Positions 39,201 through 53,600 of a stretch of 64,000 nt of DNA are shown here, piece after piece. Source of the DNA: Lama guanicoe (lineage: Eukaryota); contig MU053216.1 in the NCBI GenBank assembly GCA_013239625.1, positions 1,180,001 to 1,244,000 on the forward strand, read 5' to 3'. Position numbers and translations under genes: made by a program. Below the pieces are notes generated by a model that saw nothing but the letters and a program-made list of their open reading frames with translations, ran no database searches and was not told the DNA's origin. Within the stretch, counting starts at the first letter, position 1, and every line of letters begins with the position of its first letter.

Positions 39201-40539
39201 GGGGGTGTGGGCAGTTGGACCCTCAGGCTGTCTGTGACAGTGACAAGGAGCTAACAATTGGGCGGGGTGGGAGGGGGAGCAAATCCTACATGATACAGAA
39301 TCAGAAGCAGCAGGGCTTTAGGAAGGAAGCCCAGGGCCGGGCTGGCAACGTTCTTACCCTCTCTGTTGCAAGTCGGATTGGAGGTCATGAAGTTCCTTGG
39401 GCAGTATCTGACTGTGTGGGGTGTGGCTGTGCACACGTCGTGGTCACAAAGGGAGGCTGGTGTCACTGCATCGTGCAGTGAGCTTCGGGGACCTTCCACC
39501 ACGTGTGCCTGTTCCATTCCCGGTGAAAGTAAACCAGAGGGGACAGAGCTGAGGAAGCAGCAGGGGTGGGGGGTGCAGAGGGCAAGGAGCGCCGGGTAGG
39601 CGAGGAACCAGGCCCCTTATAAAGGCGAAGCATGTTGCCCACAGTTGCTGTTCTGTGGCTGCTGAAACCAACCCACGTTTTGGTCCAGCTCCTTCCTTCG
39701 GTAGTCCCCGCCGGGCTCGCTTGGGTGGGGGACGCCCTCAAGCACAATTCACAATTTCAGAACCACACTTTCAGCTAGTAAGTTGCTTAAGGCTGATACA
39801 ACCTGCTGTTTTTGGTTGTTCAAAACAAGTAACAGAACACATTTAATTATGCATCTTTTATGTATCTGTATGTAACGAAAGTTTAAGTGACGTGAATTAA
39901 TCCACCCTCTCTGGGAGAAAAGTAGTAGATGTTAACAGAAAGCCCCATGGCTCTTTGTTGGGGGTCCTCCCTTACCCTGAATTTTCTAAAAGACCTGGAG
40001 ACTCACTCCATCAGACCAGGAATTTATGCAATAAGCTACTGCCATTGCTTCTCACCGCCACACGGTGGCGCTGTCCACAACTGGTTCCGCCCAGTGGGGA
40101 GCGGAGACCCGGACTGGTTCTCTGCTGCTGGTCGGATCCCGCCCAGGTCTGCGGAACTCTGATGAGGAGGATCCCAGCACTCGGGTTTTCTAAGCTCGGG
40201 AGAGGGGGCTCCTCGCCAGGTTCCTGGGGCTACGGCTCCCGGGGCTTGGCCCTCAACAACAGAAGTCCACGGCCATCCTCCAGAGAGCATCTTTCAGGGG
40301 ACCACCCAGGTGACTCTCCGTACCTCTCTCACCAGAGCAGGAGCTCAGCGTGATGACTTGAATCTGCAGTGGAACAGCCCCTCCAACAGGAATCAATTTA
40401 ATAAGACGCGTGTGTTAGGTCAGCGCAAGCCCCTCTGACCTTGTGGTTCAAACGTGAAGCTCCAAGAGAAACACTGGGGGAACAGGCGGGGGTAAGGAAA
40501 GGGGGGGGGCCAGGACGTACTGGCTCACGAGGTCACTCA

Positions 40540-40730
40540 CTGTAGAAACGTGGGCTAGTAAGTTAACGCTTATGGGCCTCAGTTTTCTCACCTGTAAAAC
40601 CAGATGAAATTAACACCTACCTCCTGAGAAGGGGGTAGGAATTAAACGTGCGATCACAGGAAGCACTTGGCACAGTGCCTGAGCACGAAGAGTAATGAGT
40701 GACAGCTTTACTTGCCGTTATGATTATTTC
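40540..40730 (+). mobile_element. MIR, representative copy (others near 6760, 17400, 24550, 35880, 37600, 51420, 54200 and 63600)
   Basis: MIR core gcctcagttttctcacctgtaaaa...aagcacttggcacagtgcctg. Confidence 0.8.
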
Positions 40731-42827
40731 AGTACTGTGCCCTGCTCAGCGCCCCATCCCAGTGCCCAGAGCTGTCCGGTGCACAGACGCCCGCGGTAAA
40801 ACCGTGCTCTCGTGCCCCCTGAGGATAACCTACTGCACGGTGTCCTCGGCTCCTCCCCAGGTAAAGCAGCCAGTGGAAGACAGCGCAGACCACAGCTCAC
40901 CTGCTTCCGTGGCCTCACCTGAGCTCGCTGCCGGCTTCTCAGTCCTTTGCTAAGTAGAGAGAGAACCAGTTCGAGAACTACACGTGCAGGCTGTGAGGTC
41001 TTCTTGCTTGGGTGCACTTTTCTGATGGTCTTATGAAAAAACGTAGCTAGCACGTGAGGAACATACGTACGTATCCAGTATTGGATCAACACCAACAGAT
41101 GGAATGTCGTATTTATGAAAATTGTCATTAGATGCAAATAAACTTCTGACCTCTATCAACTTACATTTAAATAATGAAGTCGAATATGAATGGACAGGGA
41201 TCGCGTGGGAGAGGACAGTCCATCTCACATTTTCGTCAAACGGCACCCATTCCGCGTCAAGCACTGGGGGAGGACTGAGAGGCACTGCCTAAGAGAAAGC
41301 GCTGGCCTCTGGTGGCTCACGGCCCGGCCGGAGACGCAGGCGCACGGACTTGAGAATGCGCACTGGGGCTGGAGACCTCTGGACCTGGGGAGGGCCCCGC
41401 GACCCGTCCGTGTGAGCTGAGGTGTAAGGTCAGGAATGGGCGGAGTGTCGGCAGAGACTGGTCCTGATGGAGCCGAGGGTCTGTTTGGAAGAGAGCTTCT
41501 AGAACCTTCCCTTGAAGGCACTGTCCCTTCAAAGGGGAGCCCTATAGGCTGTGGAGCGGGGGAGGGGTGTGCGAATTTGACCTGGCGCCTCATCCGCCCG
41601 CTCCCAGTTCCGAGAGCAGATGCTCAGGGTACTGCTGACTTCTCCCGGTGTCCGTTCAGCATGGGGTCAGAGCCAGCTGGGAACAGACCCGGGCCGGATA
41701 AGGGACGAAGACAGGAAGGTGCAGGAGACTCTCGGGAATCTGAGTGCGTCACGGACCTCCCCCTGTGGGGTCAGAGCCAGCCCCTCTCTGTCTCGCGGAA
41801 GGCCTGGCCCAGCGTCCGAGCTGCCCACCCCTCTGCACGTGGGATGCAGCACCCGCTCACCCAGTGAAGCTGAGGTGCTCCATGAGGACGGCACACAGAG
41901 CAGTGTGCCACGTGCTAGGGTGGCATTTACAGGACCCTGTGGACACACAGAGAGGGGGCAGATCAGAGAGACCTCCTAGAGGGAATGGCCGCTACGTTGA
42001 GTCCGATAACCACGGGTGAGGAGGATTCATGGCACCGAAATTCAGCCCAGGCCAGTTCTTTTCTAAAACAACAGCGTGCTGGAGTCTGGGAAAGGCTGTG
42101 TATCTCAGTCCGGCCCCGGCAAGCCCGCGTGCTGCCTCGTCCTCCCTCTCAGTTACTCAGCAAGTACTCGTGCAGAATCTACGGCCTGCAGGCTCTGGGC
42201 ACACAGACGGGGAAGGATGGGCACTTGTGCTAAGTGCCAGGATGGTGGAGAGGGCGCCTCCCAGCCCCACGGGGACTGGGACACAGAGCACACTGGGGTG
42301 CCTCTCTATGGGTGGAGAGCTTCGGAAGTCCTGATCACACGTGGGTTTCTTGAATCAAAGATGCGTTTCCTTCCATAAAGAGTCAGAGCCTTGGTTGCAG
42401 CCAGGCTGCCCCTGGAGTCCCTACTGCTAACTCAGTGAGCAGGCTCTGAGCCTCCGGGTGTGAGGCCCTGGGAGGCGTCGTTGGCTAGATGTATCCTCGG
42501 GCTCAAAGGGAAGCGCTCCGCTGGGCACTTGCACGCGGCCGGCCCTGCAGGGTGCGTCTTGGGGAACATTTTTCTCGTGTGATCCCCATACGTTGTTAAT
42601 CTCCCGGAGGAATGTTTCCATCATCTCGTAGGTAGAAACCACGCCTCAGAGAGGTCACCCAAGCCCTGGGGGGAACGCGGGGTCTGAACCCGGCCCAGCT
42701 CTACCGTCTTCGGCTGCAGCCCACCTCCTCCCCTCTGGGTGCTCGCAGTCGCCCTGGAGGGTGGGGGTGGCACGAGGAGCCCACAGGACGAGACTTTCCT
42801 AATTGATGTATTCACTGTCCTCTTTAG

Positions 42828-43228
42828 AGACGGTTCCCCGGGACCCTCTCCCGGGCCGGCGCCCCCTAGCAGCCTGGGGATCCCGAGGGCCGCGAGGACC
42901 ACCACCAGGCTCAGGGCCCCCGGAGCCGCAGGGCTAGCGCCGTGGGAGGGCCCGGCCCCGGCGGAGGCCCAGCTCTGCATCCAGGCGTCCCGCATCCCGG
43001 CCGGCTTGGAGAGGTGCCCGCTGAGCTGCTTCAGTGTCCGCACAGTCCGCCCCGATGGCTCGCGTTAGGCGTTCCTCGGCCGCCTCCCGCCAGAGCGAAG
43101 AGAAGCCCTGACGAGTCCGGGGACCCAGCGCCGCGGCTGGCGATGTGACTCGCCGCGCAGTCAGGGCGCGAAGACCCCGAGCGGGGGCGATTCGGGGTCT
43201 CGTTCCGGCTGCGGCTCCGAGCGGCGTC
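42828..43228 (+). other. ASCL5: ASCL5 5' UTR portion of the coding exon (acceptor at 42827)
   Basis: Branch-like cCTAAT (42798-42803) and ttcactgtcctctttag at the start of the CpG island, 401 nt before the ATG. Confidence 0.6.
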
Positions 43229-44100
43229 ATGAACGACGACTTCTGCCGGGCGCTGGTGGACCGCCGGCCCGCGGGGCCCCCGGGCTGCCTGCCGCTGGCC
43301 GTCGGGCCCCCTCCGCGGCCGGCGCCGCTGGCCCGCGCCGAGCCGCTGGACGCCGTGCCCTTCCTGCTGTACCCGGGCGCCGCCGAGCCGCCCTACTACG
43401 AGGCCTACGCGGGCGTGCTCCCCTGCGCACCCTTCCCCGGCGCCCTGGGCGTCTGCGACTACCCCTTCGAGCCCGCCTTCATCCAGAAGCGCAACGAGCG
43501 CGAGCGCCAGCGCGTCCGCTGCGTCAACGAGGGCTACGCGCGCCTCCGCGGCCACCTCCCCGGCGCCCTGGCGGAGAAGCGGCTCAGCAAGGTGGAGACC
43601 CTGCGCGCCGCCATCCGCTACATCAAGTACCTGCAGGTGGTGCTGAGCGCCGCCCCCGACGGCGCGCCGCCCGCCGGCCCGCGGCCCGACCGCCCCGGCC
43701 CCGGCGAGCCCCCGGCGCCCGCCTCGCTGGCGCCCGACTCCTCGGAGCCCTCCTGCTGCTCCTCCGAGCCCTTCTTCGAGTCGGAGGAATGCAGCCACTG
43801 ACGGGCTGGGGCCCCCGCGGTGCGGCGCTTCCACGTCTGCGACACCCTCCTGCCGCCACTGCCACCCAGACTTCGTCCCTTCCAGCTGGGGCGGCGGGGC
43901 AGGGCGGGGTAACGAGGGGCACGAGAGAGACCAGAGCCGCCCGCTGGGGGCAGCGAGGGCGCGCGCCTGGGGAAGCGCCGGTGCGCGCCGCGCCCCCTCC
44001 AGGCCGGCCACCCGGAGCTCGAGTTCAGGCTCAGGTGCAGCTCCGCGCCAGGGAAAGTCGGAGTCCAGGTCCCCGTGTGTCCACTGGCCGTGGTGGCCTT
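42830..44100. other. ASCL5: CpG island covering the ASCL5 exon
   Basis: Very high CpG and GC density; limits are approximate. Confidence 0.85.
43229..43801 (+). CDS. ASCL5: Achaete-scute family bHLH transcription factor 5 (AmeloD), 190 aa, single coding exon
   Basis: MNDDFCRALVDRR N-terminus; bHLH EPAFIQKRNERERQRVRCVNEGYARLRGHLPGALAEKRLSKVETLRAAIRYIKYLQ; expected position between TMEM9 and CACNA1S. The ORF-track start at 43145 is a GTG, and the ATG is at 43229. Confidence 0.96.
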   Translation: MNDDFCRALVDRRPAGPPGCLPLAVGPPPRPAPLARAEPLDAVPFLLYPGAAEPPYYEAYAGVLPCAPFPGALGVCDYPFEPAFIQKRNERERQRVRCVNEGYARLRGHLPGALAEKRLSKVETLRAAIRYIKYLQVVLSAAPDGAPPAGPRPDRPGPGEPPAPASLAPDSSEPSCCSSEPFFESEECSH

Positions 44101-44508
44101 GCTCAGTCCTCCGTGGCCACCGGGGAGTCCCCAGGGAGCGAGCCTGCTTTGGTCCGCATGGCACGCCCCGGTCTCCACGAGATGGCCTCAGACACCAGCC
44201 TCTTCTTTGGGACGCTTGCTTGCCACCCCGCCCACCAGAGGAGCCCCGAGGGCGAGGCAAGGCCAGAAAGCCTCCCACTCAGCCCAGATCAACCACAGAC
44301 ACCGCGGGGGAGGCGGAGCGTGTGCCTTGGTGGCGCCCTCTGGTTTCCTTAATGGAAGGCACTCCCACATCCCTCACCCTGCCTTGTGGCCTTTTCCTTC
44401 TTTCCCCACTCCAGGTTGGGTGAGGACTGCGTTTTTCCCCCTCAGACTGTACTCTGTGGGCGTGGGGACCACATGGGTATGTTGGCGCTGTGTTGCACCA
44501 AGGGGCTA

Positions 44509-44514
44509 AATAAA
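44509..44514 (+). terminator. ASCL5: Probable ASCL5 polyadenylation signal AATAAA
   Basis: AATAAA about 710 nt after the stop codon, followed by GU-rich sequence (tttgtgattcttgggtcgtgg). Confidence 0.75.
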
Positions 44515-45089
44515 GCCGTGCTGAGATTTGTGATTCTTGGGTCGTGGTCCAGGCTCCCTTCCCTGGTGCCCCTTCCTCATTCCCACTCCACCTCAGAGGG
44601 CTTGCTTCCAGGGTGTGGGAGGTGTTCTGTTAGTGCATGCACTCAACTAACATTTACCCAGAGCTTAGTCCATGGCAGGGACCATGTGGGGAGGGGACAG
44701 AGCCCCAGAGGTAGACCCGCCCCTTGCACAGCTGGAGGTGGGAGGTGGGGGGAGGAAGGTTCAAAACCTGCAGTCACCGTGCCCGTGGGGCTGCTGTGCC
44801 CAGGGTTAAGGTGCATCCCACCCGTGTGTGGGAGTGGAGTGAGGGTGGGAGGAGTCTTGTAGGTACTGAACTGGGCCACCCGGCGCCTCTTCTGGACAGT
44901 GTCCTGGGGTGGGCGCGGGGGACTAATCTTGGCACCAAGGAGCCACCCTGAAGCTTGGGGCTCCAGATCTCTTCCTGAACTCTCTGTTGCCCAAGGAGTG
45001 ACCCTTTCATCCTGCCCCAACCCAGGCCTGCGTACAAGTCCCCCACCCCCAGCCTCCTCGGGCCACACTGGGATGTCACTGGCTGGGCT

Positions 45090-47576
<2,487 letters not shown>

Positions 47577-47682
47577 ACCCTTCGAGACCATCATCTTACT
47601 CACCATCTTTGCCAACTGTGTGGCGCTGGCCGTGTACCTGCCCATGCCGGAGGATGACAACAACCCTCTGAACCTCGGCCTG
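47577..47682 (+). CDS. CACNA1S: CACNA1S exon 2 (IS1 and the S1-S2 loop: [35 protein letters not shown])
   Basis: 106 nt; donor CTG|gtaaga. Confidence 0.98.
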
Positions 47683-50600
47683 GTAAGATGGACCTTCCCG
47701 TCCTCCTGCAGCCTGGGCTGTGGGAGGCCCCTTGGGGGACTGCGCACGGTGGATGATGCTGGAGTTCAGCCCCTGAGGATACAGACCCCGTGTCCCACCG
47801 CCAGCAGGGCTGGCTGAGCGGCTCAGGGCTCTGCAGGCAAACCTAACCTTCCCAGGCTGGACTCATCGTATGAGCAGCCAGCACTGAGCGAGGGCCCGCT
47901 GTGCCAGGCACGGCGCTGAGCTCGTGGAGACTAAGCGCATGTCACCTTCGGTACAGCCCCTAAAGCAGTTCCATTCGACAGACACGCGAACTGAGGCTGA
48001 GTGAGGCCAGCGGTGGAGGCTGAATGCTCAGTCCCCTTCCCGGAGTGTAATCGGGAAGAAAGCTGCTTCCACGGAGCTGGCCTTCCGGGAGAGCTCGATG
48101 GAGGGGTCCCAGGAGAGCATGTGTGTCCCCAGCAGCATGTCCCCAGGCCGTAAAGTGCCAGAGCCAGAGAGGGCTTTCCAGAGTCAGGCTGACCCGCCTC
48201 CTCCCACCGCACGCTGCTTTGCGGATGAGAAAACGGAGGCTTAGAGAGGGGGAAAGACTGACTGAGCCGAGAGCCAGAGAACTGATAAAACGCTCGATGT
48301 TCTTCCGGCGCTTGTTAGATGCCAGGTTCTGCGCTAAGTGTTCCGCATCGTTGTCTTTTTCACTCCCTGTAACAACCCCTGTGAAGTCAGTCCCAGGATT
48401 AGACCAATCGCAAGGCAAGGAAACTGAGGTTTGGGGAGTTGGTTCCCCTGCCCAGGGTCACCCCACAAGCATGTCTTCACACAGGGTCTCAGGCGCAGGC
48501 CTCTGACTGTGACACCCGGCCTGTTTCCGCTGTGCTGACGTGCCTCAAGCCCCACGAGACAGCGGTGGGCATCTTCCCCCCAGGCTTCCGTGGGGCCAGG
48601 ATGGTGGGGCCAGCCACCGTGGCAGCGGCGTTTTCCTGCACTGACTCTGCAGGGTGGGAGGAAGGGGGCCAGCAGCCGCCCGAAAGGACGGCATTTATCT
48701 CTGCCTCCGCTTTATGCTGGTTTCCATGGGGATCTATCTTGAGGTGGTGAGAGGCTGGGGTTCTGAGTGAGTGCCGGGCTATAAGTGGAAAGACTTGAAG
48801 GCCAAGTGTGGAAGCAGAGTGAGCTCTGACGTGGGCCCGGCCTGGCGGCGGGGCTGGAGGGGTGGTGGGGCTGCAGAGCCCCAGCCCCGCGAGGCTGCTC
48901 ACTTCTCTACGCTCTGGATTCCAGGGGGGCCCTGGGTCCACCCCACCCTTTAGGGTTTCATATTTCGGGGCCTCAGTTCCATTTCAACTCCTTAAGACGC
49001 TGACTATTTTGGAAAGGAACGCCACCCTCCTGGAGGGTATTGAATCATCCCTCAGTGGCTGAGTCGTCTCCCACCTTGAAGCAGACAGTCGCTCTAACAC
49101 TTTCAAGCAGTGCTGTGCGCTGGCCTTCAGCCCGTGGGCTGAGCTACAGAGTCCTGGGTACGTTCTCGTGGAGAGAGGGGGCTGCACTCCCTGGGACAGG
49201 CAGATCTGATGGGAAACCTGCCCAAAGCAGCGACTCTCAGGTCGAAGTCAGAGCTGGACGGGCTATTGCTACCAGCGGGGGAGCCTATGTGTGGAGCCCA
49301 GAGAGGGAGAGCGACACACAAGGTCACACGGCCGGCTGCTGGCGGCGGCCTCCCCACCCCCACTTGCGAGTTATGTGTTCATCTCCACGAAATCCAGCAC
49401 GAGGGAAGTGAGCAGCTTCGGGCAGGAGGGAGGGGGTGGTCTCCGGCCTTCTGTTGGCTGCTTCGTAGGCCTCGGAGGGAGGCCAGGGACCCCCAGGCAC
49501 ACACCAATTACCGAGTATTTATGGACGCCTCTTACACCCCTGGCGCGCGCAGGGGCTCGCTGGCGAACAGACGTAGTCCTCATCTTCGCAGCTTAATTAA
49601 TCCAGTCAGCCAAACGAGGAGCTAAAATGAAATAGGAGTGGGCAAGGGGGGGCACTGGAATATCGTCCTGGAGGGGACCTGAGCGAGACATGGGGTCAGG
49701 GCAGCTCCCTGATCCTAGAGGACAAGGACAGGGATGGCTTCACAGGGCAGGGGAACCCGGGTCGTCCCACCAGGCCCGGCTACAAGAGGGTCCCGTGTGT
49801 GCCTGGGGCCAATGCTCCGTGGTCGTGGTATCGAAGCGTCAGATAACTGCATCTTGAGTCCAAGTTCTGTAAGTGAAGTCCGATGGGGACAGGGTGCGTG
49901 GACCAGGAGCTGGCGCACAGCTCACGGCTTCTACCACCTCCCACCCCACCCTTGCCTCGAAAGACAGGCTCTCTGCTGAGCCCCTGCCTCCTGGGCCGCC
50001 TGGTACGGCCCGAGCATGGTCCTGGGAGGGTCAGGGTTGGGCACGTGTGCTCTTTGGTGGCTGCACCCACCCTGGGCTGACCGCACCGCAGCCCGTGCAG
50101 GTGGGCTCTGTGGGGCCCAGCCTCAGCCGGCCCCTTTCCGGTGCCCAGAGTCTCCTGCAGTGGGGCTGCATACCCTTGGGTGGAAGCAGCAGGGCTGTGT
50201 GAAGGGCGGTGCCTGCTCAGTCCCCGCCTCCGGCTGGGGCATGGCTGGGGCATGGCTGGATCCCGAAGAGGTGCCAGGAGGGTCTGCCCTTCCCCACACA
50301 GCATTAAAGAGGCAACTTAAACCCATCACAGTAGGCTACCAGAGGGGGGCTTTTTAGCGCCTTTAGTGACACTCACTGTGAACAGGGCTGGAACTTCCCT
50401 CTGTGCTGGGCCCGCCAGTGATGGGCAGGTCTTGGAGGAGGGTTGGGCATGGAGGAGGGGCTGTCACAGCCCTGCAGGAGGAGGGCCCAGGGGACCACAT
50501 GTGCAAAGGGCCGGGGCCAAGAGATGGAGATGAGTTGGGATTTAGACAATCTCTCAGGCCACCGCCTGGAGTGTGGGTTGGGGGGACGGTGGGGTGGAAA

Positions 50601-53600
50601 GGAGGGGGAGGGTGAGGAGGCCTCTCAAGTGCCCAGACATGAAATGGGGGAGCAGAGCTGAGGCCCGGGTGACAATGAAGATGGATAAGAGGGCAACATT
50701 GAGATTTAGCAGCGGGGAGTCCATGGACCTGGTGCCCGCCGGGTGTGGGGACTGAGCGTTGGGGAGAGGGGGGAGAAGGAGAGGGTGACACTCGGGTTTC
50801 CGAGTGGGTGACGGAGCACATGGCGACATCACTTCCTGAGACAGCACTCCTGGGGAGGAGCAGGCTGGGCTGGGGGAGGAGAGGCAGAGTGAGGTCAGCC
50901 CCGGGTGGCACATGTGCTGGGGCCTGTGTCCACCGGGCGAGTGGACCGCAGGTCTGAGCATGGGGGTCAGACATTTCCTCACTTCGGATGACTCCAGACT
51001 AGCTGGGGTGATGGGGTGGTCAGGGAGCAAGAAAGCCTTCCCACAGGACCTGCTGGGCTGCCCCGGGGCCGCTGGCGCCCTCGCTCGTTGGGGGGGAGGC
51101 CCTGACCGCTGCCGTGGCGGTGAGCTTCCCTGGGAGGCGGGCCCCCCCGGGGACTTTTCTCCCGCCCTCCTCCTCCTCCCCTGCTCTCACCGAGGGTGAT
51201 GGACTGAGCTGGGGTTGTCCTCTGACTGCCTGCTCTGTGTCACTGGGGAAGCCCAGGGTCAGACAGAAGGGGAAACTGAGGCCCAGAGGGGACCAGGAGT
51301 CCCAGGGAGACACAGCGGGTCAGAGGACGGCCAGGAGAGGGCTGTGACTTCTTGGAGCAGAGGACATGGACCCTGAAGTTGGCCGGGCTACAGAAGCAGT
51401 TGGTGGTTAAGAGAATGGGTTCTGGAGCTACAGCGGTGTTACTCAACTTCTCTGTGCCCTCAGTTCCTGCATTCGTAAAAGGGGACAACATTGTGAACAT
51501 CCGAGAGGATTCTGGATGAGTCGAGGCCGTGTGAGGTGTGCTGCCTTACCCACTGACCCAAGGAATTTGATGGCACGGGCGTCACAGTGCCTCGCGGTGG
51601 GCCCCCCAGCCACAAAGCCCCTGGTCAGAGACCCCGGGCTGTTCTAGAGTCAAATGGTGTAAGCCCAATAGCCATGACCAAAGGACTGCTTCAGACAAAA
51701 CTCCTCTTCACCCCGCCCACCACTGTCCCGATCTCTCTGCCCCTTCGTCTTCTCCCCTCCCAGCATCCGACTTACCTGAAGGGCCCCCCACACACCCTCC
51801 AGCCGCTTACCATCATCACCACCGCCATCAACAGCCAGCACCTTCGGGCTCCCGCCCTGAGCCAGGTACCACTCTAAGGCTTTCGACGCATGATCCCATC
51901 AGGGCCCACGACAGACCCCCAGGGCAGGCGCTGTTATTTTTCTTATTTTTCCAGATGAGTAAGAGCAGGCACAGCAAGCTTAAGTCACTGCGCATGCCCG
52001 GTGGGCCCTGCGGGCAGACCTGTGTCCTTAGTGGGGCACTGGGTGTGGCTCTCTGGACATCAGAAGGGGCCACAAGAGGCGAGGGGTCTCAGCTTCCCTG
52101 GGGAGTGGCTGGTGGGGAGGTCCCAGGACAGCAGGTTCCTGGCCTCGCTGTGATCCTGCCTCCCCCTGACTGTGGACTGGCTGCCCACCCAGAACCCACA
52201 TTCAGAGATCCCGCCCCGGCCTCTAGGCACGACTGCACTGGCCCAGGGGAGGAGGCTGCTTCAGGCCTGCAGAGTCGGTGCCTGACAGCCCGCCCCGGAG
52301 TTCTCCCAGCAGTGAGGGCTGGGGGACCCAGGCCACAAAAGGGCACCGTCTGTCAGAGAAGCGGGAGGATGAGATAGGCCCTGAGCTGCCACGGGGGCCA
52401 GCGGAAGGGCAGGGAGATGCCCAAGGGCAGCTGGAAGCCAAGACCAAAAGCCAGGGTGCTGGCCGCCAGCCCAGACCGGAATCCTGCAAGTTCAGCCCAG
52501 CCCCTTGAAGGCCCACCTGCTCCCTGAGGCCTGAGGGAGCCCTGCTCCTGGGGGGACCCCTGACTGCGTCCCGTCGGGAGGATCTCCATTCCAGCCTGGG
52601 CCAGCTGAGGGGACCCACGTGGAAAACAACAGCGTCAGGGGCCAGGGCTTCCAGTTCTGGGCTCAGGCTGGAAGCAACCGCTTTGGCCGCCTTCGCTACC
52701 ATCTCACCAAACAATCCTGAGTCAAAGTGCGGTTCTCAAAAAGTAAGAACGTGACTGTGATTCAAATCTGCAAGGAGGACAAAGGCTCATTCAACTCGTA
52801 GGAGAGCAAGTAGGAGGGCCAAGCTGGTTCAAAGAGGATTCGAGGAACAGAGTGTGTGAATCTGGAGAAGAAACGACTGGCTAGGATTGCCATGCGAGAC
52901 ACTGAGCTGGCTGTGTCCTGCAGGACGGTGAGACTGTGTCGTCAGGGTGGTGGTGACGGACGGTTTCTGTCAGGCAGACGCCATTTGTGTTTCTACAGGG
53001 CAGAATCCCGAGGGTCAAACAAAATTACAGCCCCCACGTCAGTGGTTTTTGGGCAGGGGAGAGAGGCACCTTTGGCGACGTCTGGAAGTTGGCGGGAATG
53101 TGTCCTGACCGTGCCCGCACTACCAGCATGTCCACCCCAGCGAGCGGGGCCAGGCGTGCTGGCTCCCGCCCCCCGACGCACAGGCCAGCCCCTCCCACCA
53201 GCAGAGAGCCATCCCACCCAAACGTGGGTCCGGCTGAGGCCGAGAAACCCCTCTCCAGACAGCGAAAGAATCCTTGCGAGGTCCGTTATAAAACACTCCG
53301 ACAGGACGTTGTAAGGACACGGCGCCCTCCCTGTGTGTGACTTCCAAGTCCTGGGTGATTTTTGGTAACACAGGGCAAGTTGGCCTTGGTACTGCTGCCA
53401 ACACTGGGCAAGGCTTGCACGTCCTGGCCCCCTCCCACCCTGCCCCCACCCAGGCAGCAGACCCACAGCCCCTGCACATTCCTGGGGCTCGAGTTGCTGC
53501 CGCCTAAGCCCCTGGCATCCAGGGCAGCTGTCTTTTTATAGGGTCCAGAGTGTGCCCGATGACTGCTGGGGCCACAGCCCACGCCGCCTCCTCTCAGAAG

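Noticed and set aside
39613..39625. CArG-like CCTTATAAAGG
   Set aside because: It has seven W bases, not the CC(A/T)6GG consensus, and has no other support.
43031..44278. 415-aa antisense ORF over ASCL5
   Set aside because: It is the shadow of a near-all-GC3 coding strand in a CpG island, is low-complexity, and has no recognisable domain.
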